The notes beneath the pieces are model-generated. The model worked only from the letters and a program-made list of their open reading frames with translations. It was not told the origin of the DNA and ran no database searches. A program made the translations under genes and the position numbers. Shown here in pieces: positions 33,139 to 43,388 of a DNA stretch of 64,000 nt. The first letter of the stretch is position 1; the number at the start of each line of letters is the position of its first letter. The stretch is from Histomonas meleagridis 2922-C6/04-290x (lineage: Eukaryota; Protista; Parabasalia), in contig JAANOX010000050.1 of NCBI GenBank assembly GCA_020184695.1, forward strand, positions 1-64,000, written 5' to 3'.

Positions 33139-34593
33139 TTGGAAACTATTTTGTTTCTAAAACAGATAATCTTCAGTTTAAATGAAGTAAATTTTACACC
33201 ATCAGCGAATTCTATATTTAACATATTCGATGAAAATTATCCAATTTCTTTTAATTTAATTATAAACCAAATGATATACACACAGTTTGTACTGAAAAAT
33301 AACAACCTAATATATATTTGAACTTTTTGAAAGAAATCAAAGCATTAGAAGAGAAAAATGGGAGCAAAATAAATATAATTGATGAATTTATAAATTACCT
33401 TTTGCCCAAACAAATACAAGAAGCAAATTATCTTCTTTATTATATGAACAAAAAAAAAACTTTTTGAACCAAATCTTGAAGAAAACAAATCGAATCCATA
33501 GTTTGCACATTACATATCAAAAAAAAGAAATTAAAGCATTAAAATTTAATAAATTTATGAAACAAATACTTAAAAATTATGATGAACTATCAAAGAATGA
33601 TTTTGAGCTTCATAAACAATTAATTGAAGAAGGAGTTAATCCATAAAAAATTTCAAAAATAATTCGAAATGATGAAAACGAAAAACTACAAGAAATATCA
33701 TCACAATCAAATTTTGATTTTAATCAACACATTAAACTATCTCCTTATGAAAGATGTTCTTTTGTTTGTTGGTATATAAAAGTTTCGTTAATTGATTATG
33801 CAGCATTTTTTGGATCAGTTAAATGTTTTAAATATTTACTTATGAATAATGCAAATGTAAATAACACAGGTAAATATGCAGTTGCAGGTGGAAATTTAGA
33901 AATTATTCATTTATGTGAGCAGAATCAATCATCATTTGAAGATGCATATGAAGCAGCAATAAAATTCCATCGAAATGATATCTTTAAATATCTTTATGAA
34001 AATAAATTCGAAAAAATCAAAAAATTAGAAAAACTAAGTGGAGTATGTATTTGTTATCATAATTATGAAAATTTTAATTTTCTACTTGAAGAAGGAATGA
34101 AAATAAACAACAAAATTATTAATAACGCAGCAAGATATGGCAACTTATATCTTGTTAAATATTTTCTTAAAGAAAATCAAATCCCTATAAATATTTTGGC
34201 TTTTTCTGCAAATTCAAATAATATTGAGCTTATTAAATATGTTTTAGAACATGAAGGAATTGATGTTAATGCTGAAGATATTTATTTATTTTATTTGATA
34301 TTTATTTTAATAATTTAATATTTAGAAATAATATTTGGAAATTATTTAAATTATTTGAAACAGCACTTATAAGAGCATCTTGGAATGGTTATACAGAAAT
34401 CGTTAAATTACTTCTTGAACAAAAAGGAATTGATGTAAATGCTAAAAATATTTATTTGTTTTATTTGATATTTATTTTCATAATTTTCGATTTCAAAATA
34501 ATATTTGTAAATTATTTATATTATTTGATACAGCACTTGAAATGGCATCTCTAAATGAACATACAGAAATAGTTAATTTGCTTCTTGAGTAGA
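33139..34593 (+). pseudogene. DUF3447/ankyrin-repeat pseudogene (locus 3)
   Basis: EGVNP*, SLIDYAAFFGSVKCFKYL and YAVAGGNLEIIHLCEQ motifs, with several stops and frameshifts. Ankyrin repeats start at 34360 and 34531, after inserts of 80 and 81 nt. Confidence 0.85.
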
Positions 34594-34926
34594 AAGGAAA
34601 TTGAACATCTGGATAAACAATTTTTAAACATTGTTTGTAAATTTTTAAATCAACTTATAAGACAAAACTTTCATATCAGCTCAACTTATTGCATATGGTA
34701 AAACAGAAATTGTAAAATATGTAATGTCACTTCAAATACCGACACAACATATATTTTTTCAACAATTTTAGAAATTCCTGTTCATTAAGATTGAACATTA
34801 TTCGTGAATATTTATTTTCCAAATAAATTGATTGAATCCTAACTAAATACAAATTTATCAATTCAATTGATTTTTTCTGATTTAAAGAAAAATGAGTTAC
34901 TTTAATGTTCTTAACAGCAGATTTTA

Positions 34927-36015
34927 TTATAACATTTCTGATTCATACTCATATTCAGATTGATTTTCAACTTCTTTTTTCTTCCTTTCTTTTGCAGCTC
35001 TTTTCCTTTCCCTAATTTTTCCCGCCGTCAAATCCTCCACAAACATTTTTCTAAGTATTTTCTTTTTCCTTTTTTCCTCCTTTAACGGTTTTTTCATTTC
35101 CACTTTTTCTGTTTCCTTTCTCAATTTTCTATCGATATCGATCACTTTCTTCACAATTTCCTTTTGAATAGCGTTTTCTGTCTCTTTTGCATAAAGTACT
35201 GAACTGAGTTCAGATGCAAGCCAAGGAAGAAACACTTGTTCCACTTCTTGCTCAACCTCATCCACAAAGTAACCGCGTTGCTCTAAAAGGTTAAACGCGT
35301 TTTGCATAACATCAGTTGCAAATTCTGATGAAAAGCCGCGTAATGAAAATTTTTTGTTCATTTCTTTGATTTCGCGTTGAACATTTTGACGTTGATCAAT
35401 ACGACGCTTTTGTTCATCGAGTTTTCGCTGTGATTTAGCTTCCAAACGTTGTAGCTCAGCTAAGATTGTGTTTCGTTCTACTTCAAACCTATCTCTGTGA
35501 CTTGATATATTTTCGATTTCTGATTCTTCATGGACTTCTGCTAAAGCGCGAAGTAATGTGTTTTGTACAATAACTTTAACAATGGGACGGACCTCAGCAT
35601 CAAAATTAAAGACATATTTTTCTTCAACTTGTGTTCCTACATCAACTCCTGGTTCGGATTCAATAAATTGTGGAGTTGGTGGCCGTTCAATATATGTTTC
35701 TTGAGCAGTAGCAAGATCATCTTCAATTGGACGATCGCTAATTTCAACTAATTCAGGAAGAATTTCTGATGAAAGAGATTCATTATCATCTGTGATTTCG
35801 TGTGTTTCCTTTGGCCGAGGAATAGGTTTTGGTTTATAACGAATTGGCTTTACAGCAGAAGTAGGTGGTTTATGATGAGAATAAACTGAACCTCTGGCAA
35901 CTCTTGGATCTACTGATATGTGAACAGCTGTTCTTTCTTCTTCATTTTCTTCTTTATATTTATTCTGTGAAAATACTGGACGAGCACTTGCACGAAAAGC
36001 GTAAGTGTTCGTCAT
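34927..36015 (-). CDS. RSP3: Radial spoke protein 3
   Basis: TYAFRASARPV, DPRVARGSVY and ERPPTPQF...GVDVGTQVE..VFNFDAEVRPIV motifs. Confidence 0.93.
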   Translation of the reverse strand: MTNTYAFRASARPVFSQNKYKEENEEERTAVHISVDPRVARGSVYSHHKPPTSAVKPIRYKPKPIPRPKETHEITDDNESLSSEILPELVEISDRPIEDDLATAQETYIERPPTPQFIESEPGVDVGTQVEEKYVFNFDAEVRPIVKVIVQNTLLRALAEVHEESEIENISSHRDRFEVERNTILAELQRLEAKSQRKLDEQKRRIDQRQNVQREIKEMNKKFSLRGFSSEFATDVMQNAFNLLEQRGYFVDEVEQEVEQVFLPWLASELSSVLYAKETENAIQKEIVKKVIDIDRKLRKETEKVEMKKPLKEEKRKKKILRKMFVEDLTAGKIRERKRAAKERKKKEVENQSEYEYESEML

Positions 36016-36096
36016 TGGATATAACGGATTTTATTTCAATACTTTACTCGGAAGACGTTTTTTTTTCACATCAAACTTTGATGTTTTAATTAAAAA

Positions 36097-37173
36097 ATGC
36101 ATAAGTTTACAAAAGAAAGTTTATTAGCTCTGAGTAATGAGACCTTTAAGCCGAATAGAGAAAATATTCAAGCTAAAAGAATGGTTATTATGGAAAGAGC
36201 TCAAATACGTGAAGATAATCAAACAACATTAACTTGGAATATTGAACAATCTTATGATATTATTGATCAAATATTTGATATATTACAACAAATTAAACAT
36301 AGTAAAATTAAATATTCATTAATTAAAAATTTATTTCCATTACTTGATTCGATCACAGATTTTTTCGAAATTAGGTCAAATGGATTCATTAAAACTATTA
36401 CATCCATTAATTATAATGAAGATGATCCACAAACCCTTTTAGAGTTTTCTAAAATATATTATCTTTTATCAAAAGAAAAAGAAAATATTCATCAATTCGA
36501 TCCAAATTATATTATGATGTTACACAAAATGTTAGAAATCACTGATTATCAAACGAATGAATATGGAATCAAATTTCTTCTTCAATTAATTCATTATAAA
36601 ATTGTTCCATTTCAAGAATTATCAACAAATGAGTTACAAAACATTGAACAATATTCGGATCAATTTTCTGATTGGAACACATTTATAATAATTTTAAAAG
36701 AATTTCCATCAAATATTCCAATGATATCAAGAAATAGTTTAATCGAAATCATTAAGAACGAAAACGATTTTACTTTTATACTTGACTCGATACATATTAA
36801 CAATCATTTAGCATTTGACGAAGAATTATTACATTTAATAATAAGTTCAATTTCATTTGATCTTAACAGAGAACAAAAGAATTTACTTTTTGCTACAATT
36901 TGTAATGTCATAAAAATTAATTCCAATTTCATAAATGAGATTACTCAAAACTATGAATTTATGAATTGTATCAAAATGGAATTAAATGGAAATTCTTCAA
37001 ATTACGTATCAATGATTTGGGCATTTATATTCATTAATGACAACAATAACTCATTAGTCGACAAGAAAATCATTATCGAAAATCTTCAAAATTGGCTTCC
37101 GAAAGTTAAAAACAACAGAGAACTAAAGAATTGCATAAGCAAATTAATTCACAAGCTAAACAACAAATTATAA
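36097..37173 (+). CDS. Hypothetical helical protein, divergent from RSP3 across 81 bp
   Basis: 358-aa ATG ORF. No motif recognised with confidence. Confidence 0.7.
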   Translation: MHKFTKESLLALSNETFKPNRENIQAKRMVIMERAQIREDNQTTLTWNIEQSYDIIDQIFDILQQIKHSKIKYSLIKNLFPLLDSITDFFEIRSNGFIKTITSINYNEDDPQTLLEFSKIYYLLSKEKENIHQFDPNYIMMLHKMLEITDYQTNEYGIKFLLQLIHYKIVPFQELSTNELQNIEQYSDQFSDWNTFIIILKEFPSNIPMISRNSLIEIIKNENDFTFILDSIHINNHLAFDEELLHLIISSISFDLNREQKNLLFATICNVIKINSNFINEITQNYEFMNCIKMELNGNSSNYVSMIWAFIFINDNNNSLVDKKIIIENLQNWLPKVKNNRELKNCISKLIHKLNNKL

Positions 37174-37232
37174 TACACAAATTTTATTTAACATCTGCCC
37201 TAAAAACACAATTTTACGTGGAAATCAACAAA

Positions 37233-37307
37233 ATCACCGTGGAACAATAGGTTTAGTTCGTGAGGCTCATAACCTCAAGGTTGGAAGTTCGAGTCTTCCC
37301 GGTGGTC
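37233..37307 (+). tRNA. tRNA-Met (CAT)
   Basis: Cloverleaf: acceptor ATCACCG/CGGTGGT, D stem GAAC/GTTC, anticodon arm TGAGG-CTCATAA-CCTCA, T arm GGAAG-TTCGAGT-CTTCC. It is followed immediately by a T run (Pol III terminator). Confidence 0.92.
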
Positions 37308-37316
37308 TTTTTTTGA

Positions 37317-37369
37317 TTTTACCGAAATTTACTGTTTTTTTGGTTTTACCGAAATTTACTGTTTTTTTG
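37317..37369. repeat. 27-bp tandem duplication downstream of the tRNA
   Basis: TTTTACCGAAATTTACTGTTTTTTTG occurs twice, at 37317 and 37344. Confidence 0.9.
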
Positions 37370-37446
37370 CATACATACCATTGATATCAAAAAAGATATT
37401 TCGCATTCACAAAAAACATTAGAAACGAAATTGACAAAGAAAAAGG

Positions 37447-39222
37447 TCACTTTTGCATAAAGTATAGTTCCCACTCATCGTTGTATGCAATTAATTTCAT
37501 TTCGCTGACGTTTGCACATAATTTGTTGTTTTTCATTTCCAATAAGAAATTTATTTGTAATTTCTTCATTATGTCAACGCAGTCGCCATTTGATTCTACT
37601 TTGTTTAGAATCGTCATTGCAGTTCTTACGTTTGCATTTCTTTTCCATGCACTTGTAAAGTTACTTAATATGATCTGTCTGCCAGCAAACAACGAAATTG
37701 GCGAAAGCACTTTTTGTTTAGCTAAGAAAACAGACTTTTGATGTGAAACCTTTTGAATTACGTCTGCAATTTCAATGTCACTTTTCCTGACTAATGTAAT
37801 TGAATTGTTAAAAGTATTTAACATAACTAATGAACCACCGAATACATAAGTTATGTATATAAACAATGCAAAACATCGTAAGGCGCCAACAAGTGTTTTG
37901 TCATTAGATTTATAAGTGATGAATCTTCCAATGATTATAGTAAATATTAACAAAAGTTGTGGTAAGAAAACAGAAGAAATCGCAACGATGTTGTTGAAGT
38001 GGTCATTTCCATTTCTGATGAAGCACAAAAACAAAAAAGACGCAATGTTTGGTACGAAAAGCTTCAGCAGTGACTTGAACTTGTTTAACATTAATAGTAT
38101 CACCAAAACAACAAATGGAATTCCAAAGAATATAACACATACAATGAATTGCGAACAATAGACACCGTTCATTTGCAGCTCTTTCCATAACGGATTTACA
38201 CTTAAGTTGTTATCACTGATAAAGAATTTAAGTAAAATCATTGGAATGAACTTGATGTACAATTTCAATGACTTACTGTAACACGATGAAATCAAATATA
38301 AACATAAAGAACACATAAAATTCGGAGTAATAATACTTAAGAAAACAGTTAAATGTAGGTCACTTTTGCTTACATCCTTATTCTGAAGAAATGATAACGT
38401 GATAATACAAAACGGTATTGCAAATGAAGAAGTCTTAGAAAACGTTAAAAGATGTGCTGTCGTTTGATACCATTTGAATGAATCGAAGACATTCGTTACG
38501 TCACAATTACAAAGTTCTGAAAAAAATTGAATTCCGCCGTTAAATACAAAACAAATAACAAATAGAAAACGGTTTTGTGGCTTAGTGAATTGTGAAGAAT
38601 AAAAAAACAAAAAAGAAGAAGTTGAAAGTAAATTCATAATGCATACAAAAAGTGACGATACGTTATAGGGACACCCCAAAACGGAGCACCCCGAAATGAA
38701 AAGTAATGGAAATGCTTCATCGGGATAAAATGAGCCAATACAATTTGGATCTTGAAAATGTAAGAAGTTATCCCTTAAAGAGTTGGCTCCGTGAAGGATT
38801 GATGAAACAAAAGATTGTTCGGATTCATAAATTGATATAAAAAATCCGGGAATTCGATATGGAAGATTCTGATACACATTGATTAGATATGGCAAGCAAA
38901 GAAGTAATGGAGTTATAAGAGAGAGATAAAACAAATAGGACTTTTCGAATTGAAGAACTTGCGTTATTTTGACTTTGTAAGAAATTTTAAATAGGATAAT
39001 AACCGAAGTAATAACTTCGAATGCCGAAACGAGTAGCAAATGTGTGACTGTAATTCTGTGAAAGTATGTTGTGATAAAGAGAATAACACCTGAAATCTGT
39101 GGCCCGCATATCCACGCGAGAAAAAAGCGGTTGAAAAACTGTATCTGATCCGGCTTTAGGGCGGTGACCGCTGCGAATCCTATCGCAATCGATGAGAGAA
39201 CAAAGAGAACGCACAAAAGCAT
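37447..39222 (-). CDS. Multi-pass membrane protein, possibly GT-C-fold glycosyltransferase-like
   Basis: Roughly ten or more hydrophobic segments, a luminal loop after the first helices and a soluble C-terminal domain. ATG at 39222. The family assignment rests on architecture only. Confidence 0.7.
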   Translation of the reverse strand: MLLCVLFVLSSIAIGFAAVTALKPDQIQFFNRFFLAWICGPQISGVILFITTYFHRITVTHLLLVSAFEVITSVIILFKISYKVKITQVLQFEKSYLFYLSLITPLLLCLPYLINVYQNLPYRIPGFFISIYESEQSFVSSILHGANSLRDNFLHFQDPNCIGSFYPDEAFPLLFISGCSVLGCPYNVSSLFVCIMNLLSTSSFLFFYSSQFTKPQNRFLFVICFVFNGGIQFFSELCNCDVTNVFDSFKWYQTTAHLLTFSKTSSFAIPFCIITLSFLQNKDVSKSDLHLTVFLSIITPNFMCSLCLYLISSCYSKSLKLYIKFIPMILLKFFISDNNLSVNPLWKELQMNGVYCSQFIVCVIFFGIPFVVLVILLMLNKFKSLLKLFVPNIASFLFLCFIRNGNDHFNNIVAISSVFLPQLLLIFTIIIGRFITYKSNDKTLVGALRCFALFIYITYVFGGSLVMLNTFNNSITLVRKSDIEIADVIQKVSHQKSVFLAKQKVLSPISLFAGRQIILSNFTSAWKRNANVRTAMTILNKVESNGDCVDIMKKLQINFLLEMKNNKLCANVSEMKLIAYNDEWELYFMQK

Positions 39223-39512
39223 TTCGGCGCACTGACCATATAAATACTGAAACAAAACGATGTAACGCACTTAAAAGGTGGTAATAAACGTTATTTACAT
39301 AAACGGTTTTTGGGGCGGTCCAAAAGTTATCGTTCACGAACTCTTTTACAGTTTCGTTCGCAATTTATCATTTTTGAATTCAGCGCTGCTCATTCTTTTG
39401 CATTACCAAATTTAAGCTGTCTAATTAGACTTGATGACATTATTTCCCGAATGTTCGAAGTGTAAGTAATCAAAGATTGTTAACATTTTACTTATACATT
39501 TATACACTTCAT

Positions 39513-40754
39513 TTATCTGTACTTTTCCTTCAGCTTCTTAGTCTGTTTCTTCTGGTATTCCTTGAAATCGATTACAGCCGATTTTCGCGCTTGTTCAACA
39601 TCATATTTATATGCCTCCATTTCGCCTGGATCAATGTCCTTCTTTTGTAACTTCTTCTTTAAGAACTTCTCCAGCATCGCAAAATGTGGTAAATCGTTTA
39701 TCGTGATCATTGTTATTGCAAATCCACATCTCGCAGCTCTACCAGCTCTACCCACTCTGTGCACGTACTCCTCGTCTTTGTCTGGTAGTTCATAATTTAT
39801 TACTGTGTCAACTTGTGGAATATCCAAACCACGAGATGCAACATTTGTTGCCACTAGTACAGAATATTTCCCTTGTTTAAATTGTTGTAATGCCGCTTGC
39901 CTTTGTTTTTGTTGTAATTTCCCATGATATAACGCTGTACTAATATGTAATATGTTTAACATTTTCCATAATATATGCGCTGTTTTACAAGAGCCCGTGA
40001 AAACAATACACGGCTTCTTTTGAAGGTCTTTAATCAGTAGATATAACACAACCTCCTTCTGATTGTTCGGACAGACCGCAACGTACTCCTCTAAAGTCGA
40101 AGCCGTTTCATTGCGGAGGTTTAATTCAAAATTGACTGGATTAGTTAACGTGCTCTTCACTAAGTTTTCAATCTCTTCGGGCATCGTAGCGGAGAAGAGA
40201 AGAGACTGGTGATTGGGCCCAATGCGTTTAAGGATCTTTGCAACTTCATCTAGAAATGATGGACTAAGCATCTGATCTGCTTCATCAAATACAAGGATTT
40301 TGATCGTCTTGAAATTGATGTTTGGCTTTTCACGCATGATTTGATTAAGTCGACCTGTGGTGGCTACAATAATATGCGGCTGACGCTCAAGAATTTGTAT
40401 TTGGGTTTTTTCTTCAACACCTCCAGTGATGGAACATACTTTAGCATTGAGTGGTTTCCCAAGACTACGAAAAACATCAGCAACTTGTAAAACAAGTTCT
40501 CGTGTAGGTTCAAGAATTAATGCAAACATGGGTGACTGATTTTCAAGAAGTTGATGATAGATAGGAAGTGCAAAAGCACCTGTTTTACCGGAACCTGTTT
40601 GGGCCATACCACAAACATCTTTTCCGCTTAATATTGAAGGTATTGTTTTCGCTTGAATTGCTGTTGGAATAGTCCACCCTTCAGCTTTGGCAGCGTCGAT
40701 CATTTCTTGGCATAAACCAAGGTCATAAAATGTGATTGAATCGTCTGCTTCCAT
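39513..40754 (-). CDS. RRP3: DEAD-box RNA helicase, Rrp3/DDX47-like
   Basis: Q motif, AQTGSGKT, PTRELV, DEAD, SAT, RGLDIP and HRVGRAGR. No long N-terminal extension. Confidence 0.85.
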   Translation of the reverse strand: MEADDSITFYDLGLCQEMIDAAKAEGWTIPTAIQAKTIPSILSGKDVCGMAQTGSGKTGAFALPIYHQLLENQSPMFALILEPTRELVLQVADVFRSLGKPLNAKVCSITGGVEEKTQIQILERQPHIIVATTGRLNQIMREKPNINFKTIKILVFDEADQMLSPSFLDEVAKILKRIGPNHQSLLFSATMPEEIENLVKSTLTNPVNFELNLRNETASTLEEYVAVCPNNQKEVVLYLLIKDLQKKPCIVFTGSCKTAHILWKMLNILHISTALYHGKLQQKQRQAALQQFKQGKYSVLVATNVASRGLDIPQVDTVINYELPDKDEEYVHRVGRAGRAARCGFAITMITINDLPHFAMLEKFLKKKLQKKDIDPGEMEAYKYDVEQARKSAVIDFKEYQKKQTKKLKEKYR

Positions 40755-41292
40755 TTTCGATTTAGCATGTCACTTTTTTCTAAGGTCGAACGTTTTAAAC
40801 GGTCGATACGGGGCACCCCGAACCTCAGTAAACAAAAATTCTTTCATGTTGTTTTACTTCAGTTGCTTTAACATTTCTTTTTGTGCACAATAAAATTGCT
40901 CTGTTTCTGTTTCTAAAAAAAATGATTCATCCAATGTATCAAATTTGAAAAAAATTATTCATTGACAAATTTACTATTTTGAAAATTGTATTATACCTTG
41001 ATATCCCTAACTATTAGGAAATCAGTGTTTCCTGGGGATGCAATTGTGTTTTGTTTTTACGTTTATCATGACTATTGAAATTCTGTACAATTCAGAATAT
41101 TTTGAATATTGATATTGTCGTTTTTGTCGTTTCCTATCAAAAATATGTTGTAAACTTTTCAAATGATTTTATATCTGGTATCAAAAAGTTTGCGAGAATC
41201 CGTTTTACGATGATTGAAAAATGCTTACGGTTTATGTTTGAAAAGTTTACAGATGTTCTGCACTGGCAAAAATCCCTTCACATTAAATTTGT

Positions 41293-42663
41293 ATGATACT
41301 TTTTTTATATACGACTTTATCTTATGTTAAAAAATATCAAACGTCAGGAATCTCTGGTATATTCGATTTAACCTGGATGTTTCTTAACAATAGTCATCTC
41401 AAAGCGTCACAATTTGACTCAATGTTACTGAACTCAAATGTTTCAACAATACTTTCTTCATATAGTAATGATGAAAAACTTCTTATGTACAATAATGAAT
41501 GGGAAACTTCAGACATATTAAAAGGAGCCATTATTGGTCCTGGTATATCGATTACTGGTTTTAATTATCAAATTGATCCATCAAATGGAATATTTTATCA
41601 AGATTTTATTCAAGGACAAATACAAATAATTACATCCTATTATAACCTTATGCTTTATTCTCCAATTCAATTAATTACAGATACAAGTAAACAAAATGGA
41701 ACCATTACATCCAAAGAATTGGATTTTATTTATGTAAAATCAGATAACATTGAAACTAATTATGAAACAATAACATTAACACTTTCCCACAAAATGTCAC
41801 TTTTATCATTAACAATTTACCTAGCGAATTTTACTGAGAATTTACTTTCTGAATGTTCTTTATATCTTAGTGGCATAAAGCATAATGGCACATATTATGA
41901 TGATGGTAGTGCAGTCATTAATTCTGATTCAGTTCCAATTGACAATTGGGAAATTACAAATATTTGTAGTGTAAATATTAATTCCAAATCAATTGAATGT
42001 GAAATTAATTTATTTCCACAAACACTTGAAAAAGGAATTGAATTCACATTAATTCGAAATGAAGAACAATTAAATGAAACACTACAAATAGATACATTAG
42101 AATCAGGTTATACATATTCCTGTGACCTTCATTTTGAGCCAAGTACGCAAACATTTACAGCTTCTGTAAGAGATAATGAGCAATATACGCAATCTGTTGT
42201 TATAACATATTCTATAGCTATTGAAGAAACGTATACTTTAAGTAATATAATATATTCAAATACATATTTGTTATCATATTTTGATTCATCTTATATTAAT
42301 ACATATACGAATTATATTTTTTATCAATATACAGTTATCAGATATACGACATATTATTCGTTTTATTCCAATTTTTTTTATCTTGTAACAGTGGATTTTC
42401 CTTTGCAAAATGATAATACTAAAACTATTATTACGATTGTAGTTCCATGCGTAATTGTCGTTTTAGTAATAATTACGTTGGTCATTATATTTGTTATTCG
42501 TCATCAAAGAAATATAAAAAGTTATTCCGATTATTCAAAGACTGAAAGTTTCGATAAAAAGGATAATGTAGAAGTACAACATTCATATTTATCTATGAAT
42601 ACTGTGGATATTGAAGATGACCCATTTGCAAATGACTTTAAAGAAACAAATAATGCCTTTTAA
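41293..42663 (+). CDS. Type I surface protein with a fimbrillin-like (Mfa-like) domain, Thr/Tyr-rich stalk, TM and DPF..DF tail
   Basis: LDFIYVKS...ITLTLSHKMSLLSLTI, EINLFPQTL and LESGYTYSCDLHF resemble Bacteroidetes fimbrillin C-domain motifs. TM IIVVPCVIVVLVIITLVIIFVI. Tail EDDPFANDF. Confidence 0.8.
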   Translation: MILFLYTTLSYVKKYQTSGISGIFDLTWMFLNNSHLKASQFDSMLLNSNVSTILSSYSNDEKLLMYNNEWETSDILKGAIIGPGISITGFNYQIDPSNGIFYQDFIQGQIQIITSYYNLMLYSPIQLITDTSKQNGTITSKELDFIYVKSDNIETNYETITLTLSHKMSLLSLTIYLANFTENLLSECSLYLSGIKHNGTYYDDGSAVINSDSVPIDNWEITNICSVNINSKSIECEINLFPQTLEKGIEFTLIRNEEQLNETLQIDTLESGYTYSCDLHFEPSTQTFTASVRDNEQYTQSVVITYSIAIEETYTLSNIIYSNTYLLSYFDSSYINTYTNYIFYQYTVIRYTTYYSFYSNFFYLVTVDFPLQNDNTKTIITIVVPCVIVVLVIITLVIIFVIRHQRNIKSYSDYSKTESFDKKDNVEVQHSYLSMNTVDIEDDPFANDFKETNNAF

Positions 42664-43388
42664 AACGAAACAAAATCATTCAAGTTATTTGATTTTGTTC
42701 GGACGGATTTTTGCTGATATTTCACAAATCCTGAGACATCTGTATCGTGTGTAAAAGATTTCCAAGAATATCAGTACTTATAAATAAATGTTTAAATAAA
42801 AAATATTTTTTACTTTTAGTTAAATAAATTGTTTTTTCATATGAATTTTCACCTAAAAATTCATTGTTTTATCGAAAAATATAAAAATATAAATAGTTAA
42901 AAAACTTTTTAATTCATGATAAAATAAAACAATAGAAATAATAAATGTATCAAAAGCTTTGTTCGTTGTATATGATGAAATATTACTTTGATAAATTAAA
43001 TATGATTATCTAAATTTATTGAAAAGCAAATTTACAAAAATTTGTACTATTCTTGTTTTATACATGTTACACTATAGACGTGTCAAGAGAATTACAAATC
43101 AGAATTTTGGAAAAATAAAAATTGAATAAACCCAATAATTCATTAGTTTGATTGGGTTGAATCTTACAATAGTTGTTGCAACAGTAGATTTACTTAAGAT
43201 AATTTACTTTGTTTTATTTTTTGTATTTTTTGCTTCATATCCGTCAGAACAATATATCATAGTGTTTTAGTTAATTCGCCAAAAATTTCAAAATATTATG
43301 TTCAAGTGTTCACAGTGGCTTAAAGAGAATAGCGAATTGAAACATTTATTGGTTTTCACAAATTAAATCTATTTTATGTTTACTAACA

